Both the position numbers and the translations under genes were made by a program. This document shows positions 26,743-35,799 of a stretch of DNA of 64,000 nt, piece by piece. Source of the stretch: Gaiellales bacterium (GTDB taxonomy: Bacteria > Actinomycetota > Thermoleophilia > Gaiellales > JAICJC01). The notes beneath the pieces were generated by a model that saw only the letters and a list, made by a program, of their open reading frames with translations, ran no database searches and had not been told where the DNA came from. The DNA is taken from contig DASUHM010000049.1 in assembly GCA_036273515.1 (NCBI GenBank), forward strand, positions 963 through 64,962, read 5' to 3'. Each line of letters begins with the position of its first letter. Position 1 is the first letter of the stretch.

Positions 26743-28079
26743 CCGGCTCCGACGCGACCACCGCGCTGATCGTGGTCGACATGCAGAACGACTTCTGCCC
26801 CGGCGGCGCCCTGGGAGTGGCCGGGGGCGACCTGCTCGCGCCCGCGCTCGCGCGCGCCGCCGAGGGCGCCGGCACGGTCGTCGCGACCCGCGACCGTCAC
26901 CCGGCCGACCACATCTCGTTCACCGACCGGGGCGGCCCGTGGCCGCCGCACTGCGTCGTCGGGACGCCCGGCGCCGAGTTCCACGCGTCGGTCGCCGGCA
27001 TGCACTTCGACCGCGTCCAGGACAAGAGCAGCGACCCCGACCAGGAGACGTACTCGGGCTTCGACGGCACCGGCCTCGGCGACTACCTGCGCGAGCGCGG
27101 GGTGACGCGGGTCGTGATCGGCGGCCTCGCCACCGACTACTGCGTGCGGGCGACGGCCCTGGCTGCCATCGAGGAGGGGTTCGAGACGACGGTGCTGACC
27201 GACGCGATCGCGGCCGTCGAGGTCGCGCCCGGCGACGGCCGCCGCGCCCTGGCCGAGATCGCGGCGGCGGGCGGCACGCTCGACCGGCTCGACCTCCTCC
27301 GCGACGAGGCGACGCTCGAGCCGATCCTCGAGCGCAAGGCCGAGCGCCTGCGCGAGGTGCTGGACGCGGCAGGGCGGGGGAAGCTCGTGATCGGCCTCTC
27401 CGGCGGCATCGACTCGGCGGTGGCGATGGCCTTCGCGGCCCGCACGATCGGCCCCGAGCACGTCGTCGCCGTGCGGCTGCCGTCGCGGCACACCGAGCAG
27501 GTGCACGTCGACGACGCCGCCGCCTCGGCGGTCGCGGCCGGCCTGCCCGGGGAGAACCTGCTGACCGTCTCGATCGACCCGATGGTCGAGGCGCTGGCCT
27601 CGGCCCGCCCGACGCTGCACGAGTCCGACATCCGCGAGGGCAATGCCAGCGCCCGGGCGCGCATGATCGTGATCTACGACCTCGCCCAGGAGCTGCACGC
27701 GCTCGTCATCGGCACCGAGAACCGCACCGAGAACCTGCTCGGCTACTTCACCCGCTTCGGCGACGCGGCCTCGGACATCGAGCCGATCACCGACCTCTAC
27801 AAGACCGAGGTGCGGGCGGCGGCGCGCGTGCTGGGGCAGCCGCAGGCGGTGCTCGACAAGCACCCGACGGCCGGCCTCTGGGGTGGGCAGACCGACGAGG
27901 ACGAGCTCGGCTTCACCTACGCCGAGGCCGATCGCGCGCTCGTCGCCATGTACGACCTGGGCCTGTCGCCCGAGGCCGCGGCGCGGCGCGCGGGCGTCGA
28001 CCTGGACGTCGTGCGGCGGGTGAAGGCGCGGGCCGAGTCTGTCGCGTGGAAGCACGCCGTGCCCTACCCGCTGGCATGA
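26739..28079 (+). CDS. Bifunctional nicotinamidase (PncA) / NH3-dependent NAD+ synthetase (NadE) fusion
   Basis: The N-terminal 190 aa are isochorismatase-like (VVDMQNDF, ATDYCV). The C-terminal half is NadE with PP-loop GLSGGIDSAV. Confidence 0.8.
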   Translation: MTGSDATTALIVVDMQNDFCPGGALGVAGGDLLAPALARAAEGAGTVVATRDRHPADHISFTDRGGPWPPHCVVGTPGAEFHASVAGMHFDRVQDKSSDPDQETYSGFDGTGLGDYLRERGVTRVVIGGLATDYCVRATALAAIEEGFETTVLTDAIAAVEVAPGDGRRALAEIAAAGGTLDRLDLLRDEATLEPILERKAERLREVLDAAGRGKLVIGLSGGIDSAVAMAFAARTIGPEHVVAVRLPSRHTEQVHVDDAAASAVAAGLPGENLLTVSIDPMVEALASARPTLHESDIREGNASARARMIVIYDLAQELHALVIGTENRTENLLGYFTRFGDAASDIEPITDLYKTEVRAAARVLGQPQAVLDKHPTAGLWGGQTDEDELGFTYAEADRALVAMYDLGLSPEAAARRAGVDLDVVRRVKARAESVAWKHAVPYPLA

Positions 28080-28083
28080 AAAA

Positions 28084-28119
28084 GGGGCCTGGCCCCGCCT
28101 CGCGGCAGGGCCAGGCCCA
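28084..28119. terminator. Bidirectional stem-loop between convergent nadE-fusion and sigma genes
   Basis: GGGCCTGGCCC (28085-28095) pairs perfectly with GGGCCAGGCCC (28108-28118) across a 12-nt loop. An A-run lies upstream. Confidence 0.6.
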
Positions 28120-28133
28120 GGTCGTTCCGGCCG

Positions 28134-29177
28134 CTAGGCCGCGCGCAGCGGCTGCATGTCGGCCGATGCGGCCAGCTCCCGCAGCGCCTCGGCCTCCAGC
28201 TGGCGGACGCGCTCGCGCGTCAGCCCGACGATGCGGCCGATCTCCTCGAGGTTGCGCGGGTCCTGGCCGTCGAGCCCGAAGCGCAGCTCGAGGATCAGGC
28301 GCTTGCGCTCGCCGAGGCGGGCGAGGCCCTCGCGCAGCCGCTCGTGCCGCAGGTGCGTCTCGGCCAGCTCCTCCGGGTTGCCGGCGTCGGGGTCGGCGAT
28401 CATGTCGCCGAGCTCCGAGTCGCCGTCCTCGCCGACCGGCTCGTGCAGCGACACCGTCTTTCGGGCCAGGCCGAGCGTCTCGGACACGGCGTCCGACGTC
28501 AGCTCGGCGGCACGCGCGATCTCGTCCTCGGACGGCTCGCGGCCCAGGCTGGCCTCCAGCGAGCGCCGCGCCCGCTCGATCGCCCGCAGGCGGTCGGAGA
28601 CGTGCACGGGCAGCCGGATCGTCCGGCCGCTGTTCGCGATCGAGCGCTGGACGGCCTGGCGGATCCACCAGGTCGCGTATGTCGAGAACTTGAGGTCGCG
28701 GCGCCAGTCGAACTTCTCGACGGCGCGGTTCAGCCCCAGCACGCCCTCCTGGATCAGATCGAGGAAGGGCACGCCCTGGCCGCGGTACTGCTTCGCGATC
28801 GAGACCACCAGGCGCAGGTTCGACTCGATCATGCGCCGCTTCGCGACGGGGTCGCCGGCCTCGATGCGCTTCGCCAGCATGACCTCCTCGTCCTTCGTCA
28901 GCAGCGGATAGCGGCCCGCCTGGCGCAGGAAGAGGTCAAGGCTGTTCGTCGTCGCGATCTCGACCTCGACGACCTCGATGCGCTCCTCAGGCGCGGGCGG
29001 GTCGACGATGTCCACGCCGAGCTGCGCCAGCTCGTCACGCAGTGCCTGCACGTCGTCGGCCTCGAGATCGAGCTCGAGTGCGAGACCCTGGAGCTCGTCC
29101 TCGTATACGAGACCCCGCTCCTGTCCAAGCTCCACCAAGAGCCGCGCTTCGGGCTCAATGACGAGCTGGTCAGTCAT
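28134..29177 (-). CDS. RpoD/SigA-family (principal-type) RNA polymerase sigma factor
   Basis: Regions 1.2 through 4.2 are recognisable ([46 protein letters not shown]). Acidic N-terminus. Confidence 0.9.
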   Translation of the reverse strand: MTDQLVIEPEARLLVELGQERGLVYEDELQGLALELDLEADDVQALRDELAQLGVDIVDPPAPEERIEVVEVEIATTNSLDLFLRQAGRYPLLTKDEEVMLAKRIEAGDPVAKRRMIESNLRLVVSIAKQYRGQGVPFLDLIQEGVLGLNRAVEKFDWRRDLKFSTYATWWIRQAVQRSIANSGRTIRLPVHVSDRLRAIERARRSLEASLGREPSEDEIARAAELTSDAVSETLGLARKTVSLHEPVGEDGDSELGDMIADPDAGNPEELAETHLRHERLREGLARLGERKRLILELRFGLDGQDPRNLEEIGRIVGLTRERVRQLEAEALRELAASADMQPLRAA

Positions 29178-29459
29178 TCCTCATCAACTCCTCAGACTCC
29201 CTGAAGGTTCCCTGGATCCGTCGTCTGCATAACGTTCGTCGCAGACAGGCTATTCCCCGCCTGACGCTTTCTCTACGCCACGCTCGTTGATTGCGGATTG
29301 GCACCGCACTGATCTCTCCCCGGTCGGTGACCCCAACCGCCGGCGACCTTCACGCCGCCATCTCCACATACCTCGAACCCGAGGGCACACATCGTGTGAC
29401 GATGACCGCAGGCCCACTATACCCGTGTCCCCGGGCGCTGGATACCCCAACCGTCGCGG

Positions 29460-30596
29460 TCAGCCGGTGACCCGGACCGCGCCCTGGTACTCGGCCGAGT
29501 ACCACGCGTCGGACAGGCTCGAGATCTGGACGACCGTGCCGGTGTGCGGGGCGTGGATGAACTCGTTGTTGCCGATGTAGATGCCGACGTGGCCGATGCC
29601 CGGCTCGAAGAAGACGAGGTCGCCGGGCGCGAGGTCGCTCTCCGCCACGTGCGGGCCGGCGTTGAACTGCGACACGGTGTAGTGGTCGAGGTGGATGCCG
29701 AGCTGGGCGTAGACCCACATCGTCAGCCCGGAGCAGTCGAAGCCGGACGGGCTGGCGCCGCCCCAGACGTAGGGCACGCCGAGCTCGCCCATCGCGATCT
29801 GCACGGCCTGCTCGCCGAGCGAGTTGGCCGGCGGGGCGGGCGCACCCGACGTGGGGGAGACCGGCGCGGCCGTGGTCGTGGTCGGCGCGGGGGTCTGGGC
29901 GGCGGCGGCCGCGCGGGCTGCGGCGCGACGGGCGGCGGCCTCGCGGGCCAGCCGGGCCTTGCGCTCGCCGATGAGCTGGTTGATCTGCGCGTGCAGCTGG
30001 GAGATCTTCGCCTGCTCGCTGGAGATCAGGGCGGCCGCCTGTTTCTTGGCGGCATCGGCCCTCTTGACGAGCTTGCGCGCCTGGCCCTGCTGCTTCTTCA
30101 GCAGCGCCTGGCGGGCGGCGACCTCACGCTCGGCCACAGTGACGCGGTGCAGGATCGCCGACTCGTCGTGCGACGTCCGGTTCAGGACGTCGACGCGGTC
30201 GACGAGGTCGGTGAACGACTGCGCGGCGAGCACGTACATGGCCGCGTCGGGATCCCCGCCCTTGTAGGCGGAGACGACGAGCTGGGCGAGCTGCGCGCGG
30301 GCCGCCGCGAGGTTCTTCTTCGCGAGCGCGAGCTGGTTCGTGTTCACGAGGATGGCGTGGTTGACGGCGTCGAGCTTCGAGTGGGCCCTGTCGTACGCCT
30401 CGACGGCCTTGTCCTCGCGCGCGTAGAGCTCGTTCAGCTGCTTCTCGGCGAATGCGGCCTCGTCCTGCTTCTGCTTGATCTGATCCGCGCCGGCGGTTCC
30501 GGCCGCGGAGAGGGTGGCGAGCGCTGCCACGAGGACGACGGCGGCGACGACCGGCGCGAGCCGGCGCCGGTGCCGCTGCGGAGGCGGGCTCGACAT
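29460..30596 (-). CDS. RipA-like secreted NlpC/P60 peptidoglycan endopeptidase with coiled-coil N-domain
   Basis: Start at the internal ATG (MSSPPPQRHRRRLAPVVAAVVLVA signal). Long coiled coil. C-terminal NlpC/P60 domain (FDCSGL...GHVGIYIG...HAP). Confidence 0.85.
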   Translation of the reverse strand: MSSPPPQRHRRRLAPVVAAVVLVAALATLSAAGTAGADQIKQKQDEAAFAEKQLNELYAREDKAVEAYDRAHSKLDAVNHAILVNTNQLALAKKNLAAARAQLAQLVVSAYKGGDPDAAMYVLAAQSFTDLVDRVDVLNRTSHDESAILHRVTVAEREVAARQALLKKQQGQARKLVKRADAAKKQAAALISSEQAKISQLHAQINQLIGERKARLAREAAARRAAARAAAAAQTPAPTTTTAAPVSPTSGAPAPPANSLGEQAVQIAMGELGVPYVWGGASPSGFDCSGLTMWVYAQLGIHLDHYTVSQFNAGPHVAESDLAPGDLVFFEPGIGHVGIYIGNNEFIHAPHTGTVVQISSLSDAWYSAEYQGAVRVTG

Positions 30597-30733
30597 GGCC
30601 GCGGACTTTACCACTCGGAAAGCCCCGCAAACGCAGGTGTTTTTGTAAGGATTTTCCGCCAGCAACGGTCGGGCACCCGGGGCCGGCGCAATCGCGATCC
30701 GAGCGTTTCGGCCCTCGTGGTGGACCGGATGCG

Positions 30734-30770
30734 TTGCGAAGTGGTGCAAAGTGGGGTATTGTGGGGCGGA
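30734..30770 (+). promoter_or_regulatory. Candidate Pmra promoter (TTGCGA-17-TATTGT) overlapped by three 10-bp-phased GTGGKG MraZ-type boxes
   Basis: -35 at 30734-30739 and -10 at 30757-30762. Boxes GTGGTG 30741, GTGGGG 30751 and GTGGGG 30761. GGGAGG RBS at 30773, then TTG at 30787. Confidence 0.55.
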
Positions 30771-30786
30771 ATGGGAGGCCGCACCG

Positions 30787-31215
30787 TTGCTGCTCGGCGA
30801 ATCTGTCCAAAAGCTCGATGCCAAGAACCGCGTGACGCTTCCGGCGAAGCTGCGCCAGCACTTCGCCGACGGCGTGATCGTCGCGAAGGGCGTCGACAGG
30901 TGCCTGTCGGTCTACACGCCGGTCGGGTTCGAGGCGTTCGTCGACCGGCAGCTGGGGTCGCTCTCGCCGTTCAGCCGTCAGGCGCGGGCCATGAGCCGGC
31001 ACCTGTACGCGGGCGCGTCGGAGACCGAGCTCGACCGGCAGGGGCGCATCATGCTGCCGCCGGCCCAGCTGGCGCACGCGGGGCTCGAGCGGGACATCGT
31101 GGTGGCGGGGCTGCGGGACATGCTGGAGATCTGGGATCTCGCCACCTGGCGCAGGACGCAGGCCGAATCCGAGGGGAGCATTGAGGATGTTGCCGAATCT
31201 CTCTCACAGCAGTAG
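30787..31215 (+). CDS. mraZ: Transcriptional regulator MraZ
   Basis: A TTG start gives MLLGESVQKLDAKNRVTLPAKLRQHF, matching the canonical MraZ N-terminus. Second SpoVT/AbrB-like repeat ELDRQGRIMLP. Confidence 0.85.
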   Translation: MLLGESVQKLDAKNRVTLPAKLRQHFADGVIVAKGVDRCLSVYTPVGFEAFVDRQLGSLSPFSRQARAMSRHLYAGASETELDRQGRIMLPPAQLAHAGLERDIVVAGLRDMLEIWDLATWRRTQAESEGSIEDVAESLSQQ

Positions 31216-32158
31216 CCCGGGCGTGGAGCACGTCCCCGTCATGGCGCCGGAAGTGGCCGAGCTGCTCGAGCCCCGGCCCGGCGACACCGTCGTCGACTGC
31301 ACGTTCGGCGCGGGCGGCCACGCGGCCGTCCTCGAGCCGCACCTGCGGGGCAGCGGCACGTACATCGGCATCGACCGCGACCACGAGGCGGAGCCGTTCT
31401 TCGCCCGGTTCGCGGCCGACGCGACCAGCCAGACCCGGTTCCTCCACGGCGACTTCGCGCTCGTGCTGCGGAACATGGTCGCGAGCGGCACGCGCGTCCA
31501 GGCGATCCTGATGGACCTGGGCGTCTCGTCGATGCAGATCGACCGCCCGCACCGCGGCTTCAGCTACGCGAACGACGCGCCGCTCGACATGCGTATGGAC
31601 GCGACCGCCGACCTGACGGCAGCCGAGATCGTGAACACATGGGACGAGCGCGACCTGGCCGGCGTGCTGCGCACATACGGCGAGGAGCGCTACTCGTTCC
31701 AGATCGCCCGCGCGATCGTGCGCCGCCGAAAGCTCGAGCCGTTCGAGCGCAGCGGCGACCTGGTCGAGGTGATCAAGTCGGCCATCCCGACGCCGGCCCG
31801 GTTCGGCCAGGGCCATCCGGCCAGGCGCGTCTTCCAGGCGCTTCGCATCGCCACCAACGGCGAGCTCGATTCGCTGCGCGAGGGCCTCGAGCTGGCCGTC
31901 GACCTGCTCGCTCCGGGCGGGCGGCTGGCCGTCATCAGCTTCCACTCGCTCGAGGACCGGATCGCCAAGCAGTTCATCCGCGACCAGGCCCGCGGCTGCT
32001 CCTGCCCGCCGGACTTCCCGGTGTGCGTCTGCGGGCACGAGCCGCGGCTGCGCAGCCTCACCCGGCGCGCGGTGGTGGCGAGCGTCGACGAGCGCTGCAC
32101 CAACCCGCGCTCGTCGTCGGCCCGGCTGCGGGCCGCCGAGAGGACGCCCGCGCCGTGA
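31181..32158 (+). CDS. rsmH: 16S rRNA (cytosine1402-N4)-methyltransferase
   Basis: HVPVMAPEV, DCTFGAGGH, DLGVSSMQID, SFHSLEDR motifs. The exact start is ambiguous (31181 or 31187). Confidence 0.9.
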   Translation: MRMLPNLSHSSSPGVEHVPVMAPEVAELLEPRPGDTVVDCTFGAGGHAAVLEPHLRGSGTYIGIDRDHEAEPFFARFAADATSQTRFLHGDFALVLRNMVASGTRVQAILMDLGVSSMQIDRPHRGFSYANDAPLDMRMDATADLTAAEIVNTWDERDLAGVLRTYGEERYSFQIARAIVRRRKLEPFERSGDLVEVIKSAIPTPARFGQGHPARRVFQALRIATNGELDSLREGLELAVDLLAPGGRLAVISFHSLEDRIAKQFIRDQARGCSCPPDFPVCVCGHEPRLRSLTRRAVVASVDERCTNPRSSSARLRAAERTPAP

Positions 32159-32547
32159 GCGTCGCCGTCTCGGCTCGGGCGCCCGCCCGCTCGCGCACCG
32201 CGCCCGAGCCCGCCGCCCCGCGGGCGGTTCCGCGCCGGCGCGTCCGCCCCCGGCGGATGACCGCGGGCGGCGCCGTGTGGGTCGTGATCCTGGCGACGCT
32301 GCTCGGCGGCATCGTGGCGCTGAACGTCGCCGCGCTCCGCGACAGCATCGAGGTGAACAAGCTCCAGGCGCGCGCCCAGCAGCTGCAGGACGAGAACCGC
32401 CTGCTGCGAAACGACGCCACCAACCTGTCGTCGCCGAGCGCCATCGGCATGGCCGCCGCCAAGCTCGGCATGGTGCCGGCAGACCCCAACACGACGCACT
32501 ACGTCCGCCTCCACCGGCCCCGCCCGAAGGTGCAGACCCGGCCGTGA
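32155..32547 (+). CDS. ftsL: FtsL-like cell division protein
   Basis: GTGA overlap. Basic N-terminus, single TM helix, short coiled coil. Conserved position between rsmH and ftsI. Confidence 0.6.
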   Translation: MSVAVSARAPARSRTAPEPAAPRAVPRRRVRPRRMTAGGAVWVVILATLLGGIVALNVAALRDSIEVNKLQARAQQLQDENRLLRNDATNLSSPSAIGMAAAKLGMVPADPNTTHYVRLHRPRPKVQTRP

Positions 32548-34346
32548 GGCGCATGTCCGACCACCGCCTCCGGCTGATGCTGGCCGTGTCGATGGGGGCG
32601 TTCGTGATCGTGATCGGGCGGGCGGTGCAGATCCAGGGCGTCGACGCGGCCAGCCTCTCCAAGAAGGCCGTGTCGCAGCAGCGCGGCGAGACGACCCTGC
32701 CCGGGCTGCGCGGCACGATCATGAGCGCCGACGGCCAGGTGCTGGCACAGACGCAGCCGTCCAAGACGATCGTCTCCGACCCCAAGCGGGTCAAGAGCGT
32801 GTCGCTGACGGCGACGGTCATCGCCCGGGCAATGGGCTTCCACCCGTTCAAGCACGTCGGCCACCACCATGCGCAGCAGGCGCAGACGCAGCAGGCGAAG
32901 ACGGCGAAGACGTCGGGTCAGGGCCACGCGGCCAAGAAGCCGAAGCTGCGTCCGAACCCGGCCTGGGCGGCAGAGCTGACGGCGCTCGAGGCGGCGATCC
33001 GCAACGGCGGCTACGTCGTCCGCCAGCTCCCGATCGACGTCGCCGCGAAGATCATGCGTCATCACCTGCCGGGGATCTCGACCTTCCCCGAGATGCAGCG
33101 CTGGTACCCGGACGGCGCCGTCGCGTCGCAGCTGCTCGGCTTCACCGGCATCGAGGGCAGCGCCGGCGCGGGCGAGGGGGCCGGGCTCGAGCACCAGTAC
33201 AACCACGTCCTCGCCGGCCGGCCGGGCAAGCAGGTCACGATCACCGACCCGGGCGGCATGGTGCTCGACACCGTCGACGTGCAGAAGCCCGAGAACGGCC
33301 GCAACATCACGCTCACGCTGAGCGCCGCGACGCAGGCCAAGGTGCAGGACGTGCTCGCGGCGACGGTGCGCACCACGCGGGCGAAGTGGGCGACGGGCAT
33401 CGTCATGGATCCGCGGACGGGCGCGATCATCGCCATGGCGACGGCCCCGGGCTACGACAACAACCAGGCCCACCTGGCCAAGAACCAGCAGCACTGGAGC
33501 AACCAGGCGCTGCAGACGGTGTACGAGCCGGGGTCGACGTTCAAGGTCGTCACCTTCTCGGCCGCGCTCACCGCCGGCCTCGTGTGGCCAGGCGAGGTGC
33601 TGCACAACGTCCCCGACCACCTCGCCTTCGGCAACAAGATCATCCGCGACGACATCCCGCACAAGCCGTGGGACATCTCGGTGCGCCACATCCTCAAGAT
33701 CTCGTCCAACATCGGCACCGACGAGATCGCGCAGATGGTTGGCAGGGACGACCTGATGCGGTGGATCCGCCGGTACGGCTTCGGCAAGAAGACCGCGCTC
33801 GACTTCCCCGGCGAGGCCAGCGGCATCGTCCTGCCCGGGCGCAGCTGGACGACGTCCTCGATCGGCACGATCCCGATCGGTCAGGGCATCGGCGTGACCG
33901 CCATGCAGATGGCCTCGATGTACCAGGCGATCGCGAACGGCGGCGTCATGCGCCAGCCGCATCTGGTGTCGCGCATCCAGGGCCAGAAGGTGCCGGCCCC
34001 GTGGGCGCGGCGGATCCTCTCGCCGGGCGTCGACAGCCAGATGGTCTCGATGCTCGAGGGCGTCGTCGACGGCGGCACCGGCGTCCAGGCGACCATCCCC
34101 GGCTACACGGTGGCCGGCAAGACGGGCACCGCCCAGAAGCCGAAGGACGGCGGCTACTCGAACCAGTACGACGCCTCGTTCGTCGGCTTCCTGCCGGCCG
34201 AGAATCCCCAGGTGGAGATCATGATCGTGGTCGACTCGCCGCAGACGAGCCACTTCGGCGGCGACGTCGCCGCGCCGGCCTTCGAGCAGATCGGCTCGTG
34301 GTACGCGAACCACGCGGGTATCCGGCCCGACCGTCCAGTTCAGTAG
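32544..34346 (+). CDS. ftsI: Class B penicillin-binding protein (FtsI-type transpeptidase)
   Basis: TM anchor. Motifs STFK, SSN and KTGT. GTG at 32544 overlaps the ftsL stop (alternative ATG at 32553). Confidence 0.9.
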   Translation: MRRMSDHRLRLMLAVSMGAFVIVIGRAVQIQGVDAASLSKKAVSQQRGETTLPGLRGTIMSADGQVLAQTQPSKTIVSDPKRVKSVSLTATVIARAMGFHPFKHVGHHHAQQAQTQQAKTAKTSGQGHAAKKPKLRPNPAWAAELTALEAAIRNGGYVVRQLPIDVAAKIMRHHLPGISTFPEMQRWYPDGAVASQLLGFTGIEGSAGAGEGAGLEHQYNHVLAGRPGKQVTITDPGGMVLDTVDVQKPENGRNITLTLSAATQAKVQDVLAATVRTTRAKWATGIVMDPRTGAIIAMATAPGYDNNQAHLAKNQQHWSNQALQTVYEPGSTFKVVTFSAALTAGLVWPGEVLHNVPDHLAFGNKIIRDDIPHKPWDISVRHILKISSNIGTDEIAQMVGRDDLMRWIRRYGFGKKTALDFPGEASGIVLPGRSWTTSSIGTIPIGQGIGVTAMQMASMYQAIANGGVMRQPHLVSRIQGQKVPAPWARRILSPGVDSQMVSMLEGVVDGGTGVQATIPGYTVAGKTGTAQKPKDGGYSNQYDASFVGFLPAENPQVEIMIVVDSPQTSHFGGDVAAPAFEQIGSWYANHAGIRPDRPVQ

Positions 34347-34359
34347 CCTTCGCGCGAGC

Positions 34360-35799
34360 ATGGAGCTCTCGACGCTGATCGAGGCAGTCGGGCCACGCTC
34401 GGTGCGCGGCCGGGCCGACACCGACATCACCGCCGTCACCTACCGCGCGGAGGCCGTCGTCCCCGGCGCGCTGCACGTGTGCGTGCCCGGATTCACCGCC
34501 GACGGCCACGACTTCGCCGGCGCCGCCGTGGCGAACGGCGCCGCCGCGCTCGTCGTCGAGCGCGAGCTCGGCTTCGACGTGCCCCAGCTGGTCGTCGCTT
34601 CCTCGCGCGCGGCCATGGCGGCCGCCGCGGCCGCGTTCTACGGCCATCCCAGCCGCGACCTCGACGTGGTCGGCATCACCGGCACGAACGGCAAGACGAC
34701 GACGGCCTTCCTGATGCACGCGGTGCTCGAGGCGGCGGTCGGGCAGGCCGGGCTGCTGGGGACGATCGAGTCGCGCATCGGCGGCGTCGTCGAGCAGGTG
34801 GCGCGGACGACTCCGGAGAGCGTCGACCTGCAGGCGATCCTGCGGCGGATGGCCGACGCCGGCGACCGGGCGTGCGCGATGGAGGTCTCGTCCCACGCCC
34901 TCGAGCTCGAGCGGGTGGCGGGCGTGCGCTTCGCCGCGGCCGGGTTCACGAACCTGACCCAGGACCATCTCGACTTCCACCCCGACATGGAGGCGTACTT
35001 CGCCGCCAAGGCGCGGCTCTTCCGCGAGGCGCCGGGGGCGATCAACGTGGGGGACGAGTACGGCCGCCGGCTGGCCGGGATGGCGGGCGGGCCCGTGCTC
35101 ACCTACGCGGCCCGGCCGGACGCCGACGCCGACGTGCGCCCGCACGCGGTGGAGGTGGGGGCGGGCGGCGCGATCGCCCTGATCGTCTCGACGCCGCGGG
35201 GACCGATCCCGCTCGACGTACGGCTGCGCGGCGGCTTCAACGTCGAGAACGTGCTCTGCGCCGTGACGCTCTCGGAGCTGCTCGACCTGCCGCACGCCGC
35301 CGTGCGCGCCGGGATCTCCGCCGTGCCGGGGGTGCCCGGCCGCTTCGAAGCGGTCGAGGCCGGCCAGCCGTTCACGGTGCTCGTCGACTACGCGCACACG
35401 CCCGACGGTCTCGAGAACGTGCTCCGCTCGGCGCGCGAGATCACGGTGGGGCGGCTGATCTGCGTGTTCGGGTGCGGCGGCGACCGCGACCGGGGTAAGC
35501 GGCCGCTGATGGGCCGGGTGGCGCGGCGGCTGGCCGACGTCGCCCTGGTCACCTCCGACAACCCCCGCAGCGAGGATCCCGAGGCGATCATCGCCGAGAT
35601 CATGGACGGCATCCCGATGGAATCCGACGCCGACCGCCGGGCCGCGATCGAGCGCGCCGTCGGCCTGGCCCGGCCCGGCGACGTCGTCGTGATCGCGGGC
35701 AAGGGCCACGAGCAGGGCCAGCAGTTCGCCGACCGCACGCTCCCCTTCGACGACCGCACGGTGGCGCGCGAGGCGCTGGCCGGGCTGCCGGCCGCATGA
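34360..35799 (+). CDS. murE: UDP-MurNAc-L-Ala-D-Glu:meso-diaminopimelate ligase
   Basis: GITGTNGKTTT P-loop. The DNPR motif indicates DAP specificity. Confidence 0.9.
   Translation: MELSTLIEAVGPRSVRGRADTDITAVTYRAEAVVPGALHVCVPGFTADGHDFAGAAVANGAAALVVERELGFDVPQLVVASSRAAMAAAAAAFYGHPSRDLDVVGITGTNGKTTTAFLMHAVLEAAVGQAGLLGTIESRIGGVVEQVARTTPESVDLQAILRRMADAGDRACAMEVSSHALELERVAGVRFAAAGFTNLTQDHLDFHPDMEAYFAAKARLFREAPGAINVGDEYGRRLAGMAGGPVLTYAARPDADADVRPHAVEVGAGGAIALIVSTPRGPIPLDVRLRGGFNVENVLCAVTLSELLDLPHAAVRAGISAVPGVPGRFEAVEAGQPFTVLVDYAHTPDGLENVLRSAREITVGRLICVFGCGGDRDRGKRPLMGRVARRLADVALVTSDNPRSEDPEAIIAEIMDGIPMESDADRRAAIERAVGLARPGDVVVIAGKGHEQGQQFADRTLPFDDRTVAREALAGLPAA

Noticed and set aside
30751-30786. 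GTG 30751 as the mraZ start (ORF-track version).
   Set aside because: It lies inside the predicted promoter and MraZ-box array and lacks an RBS. TTG 30787 follows GGGAGG and restores the canonical N-terminus.
30597-30824. 76-aa N-terminal extension of the NlpC/P60 gene.
   Set aside because: The internal ATG at 30596 is followed immediately by a proper signal peptide. The extension would run through the AT-rich promoter region and the mraZ control region.
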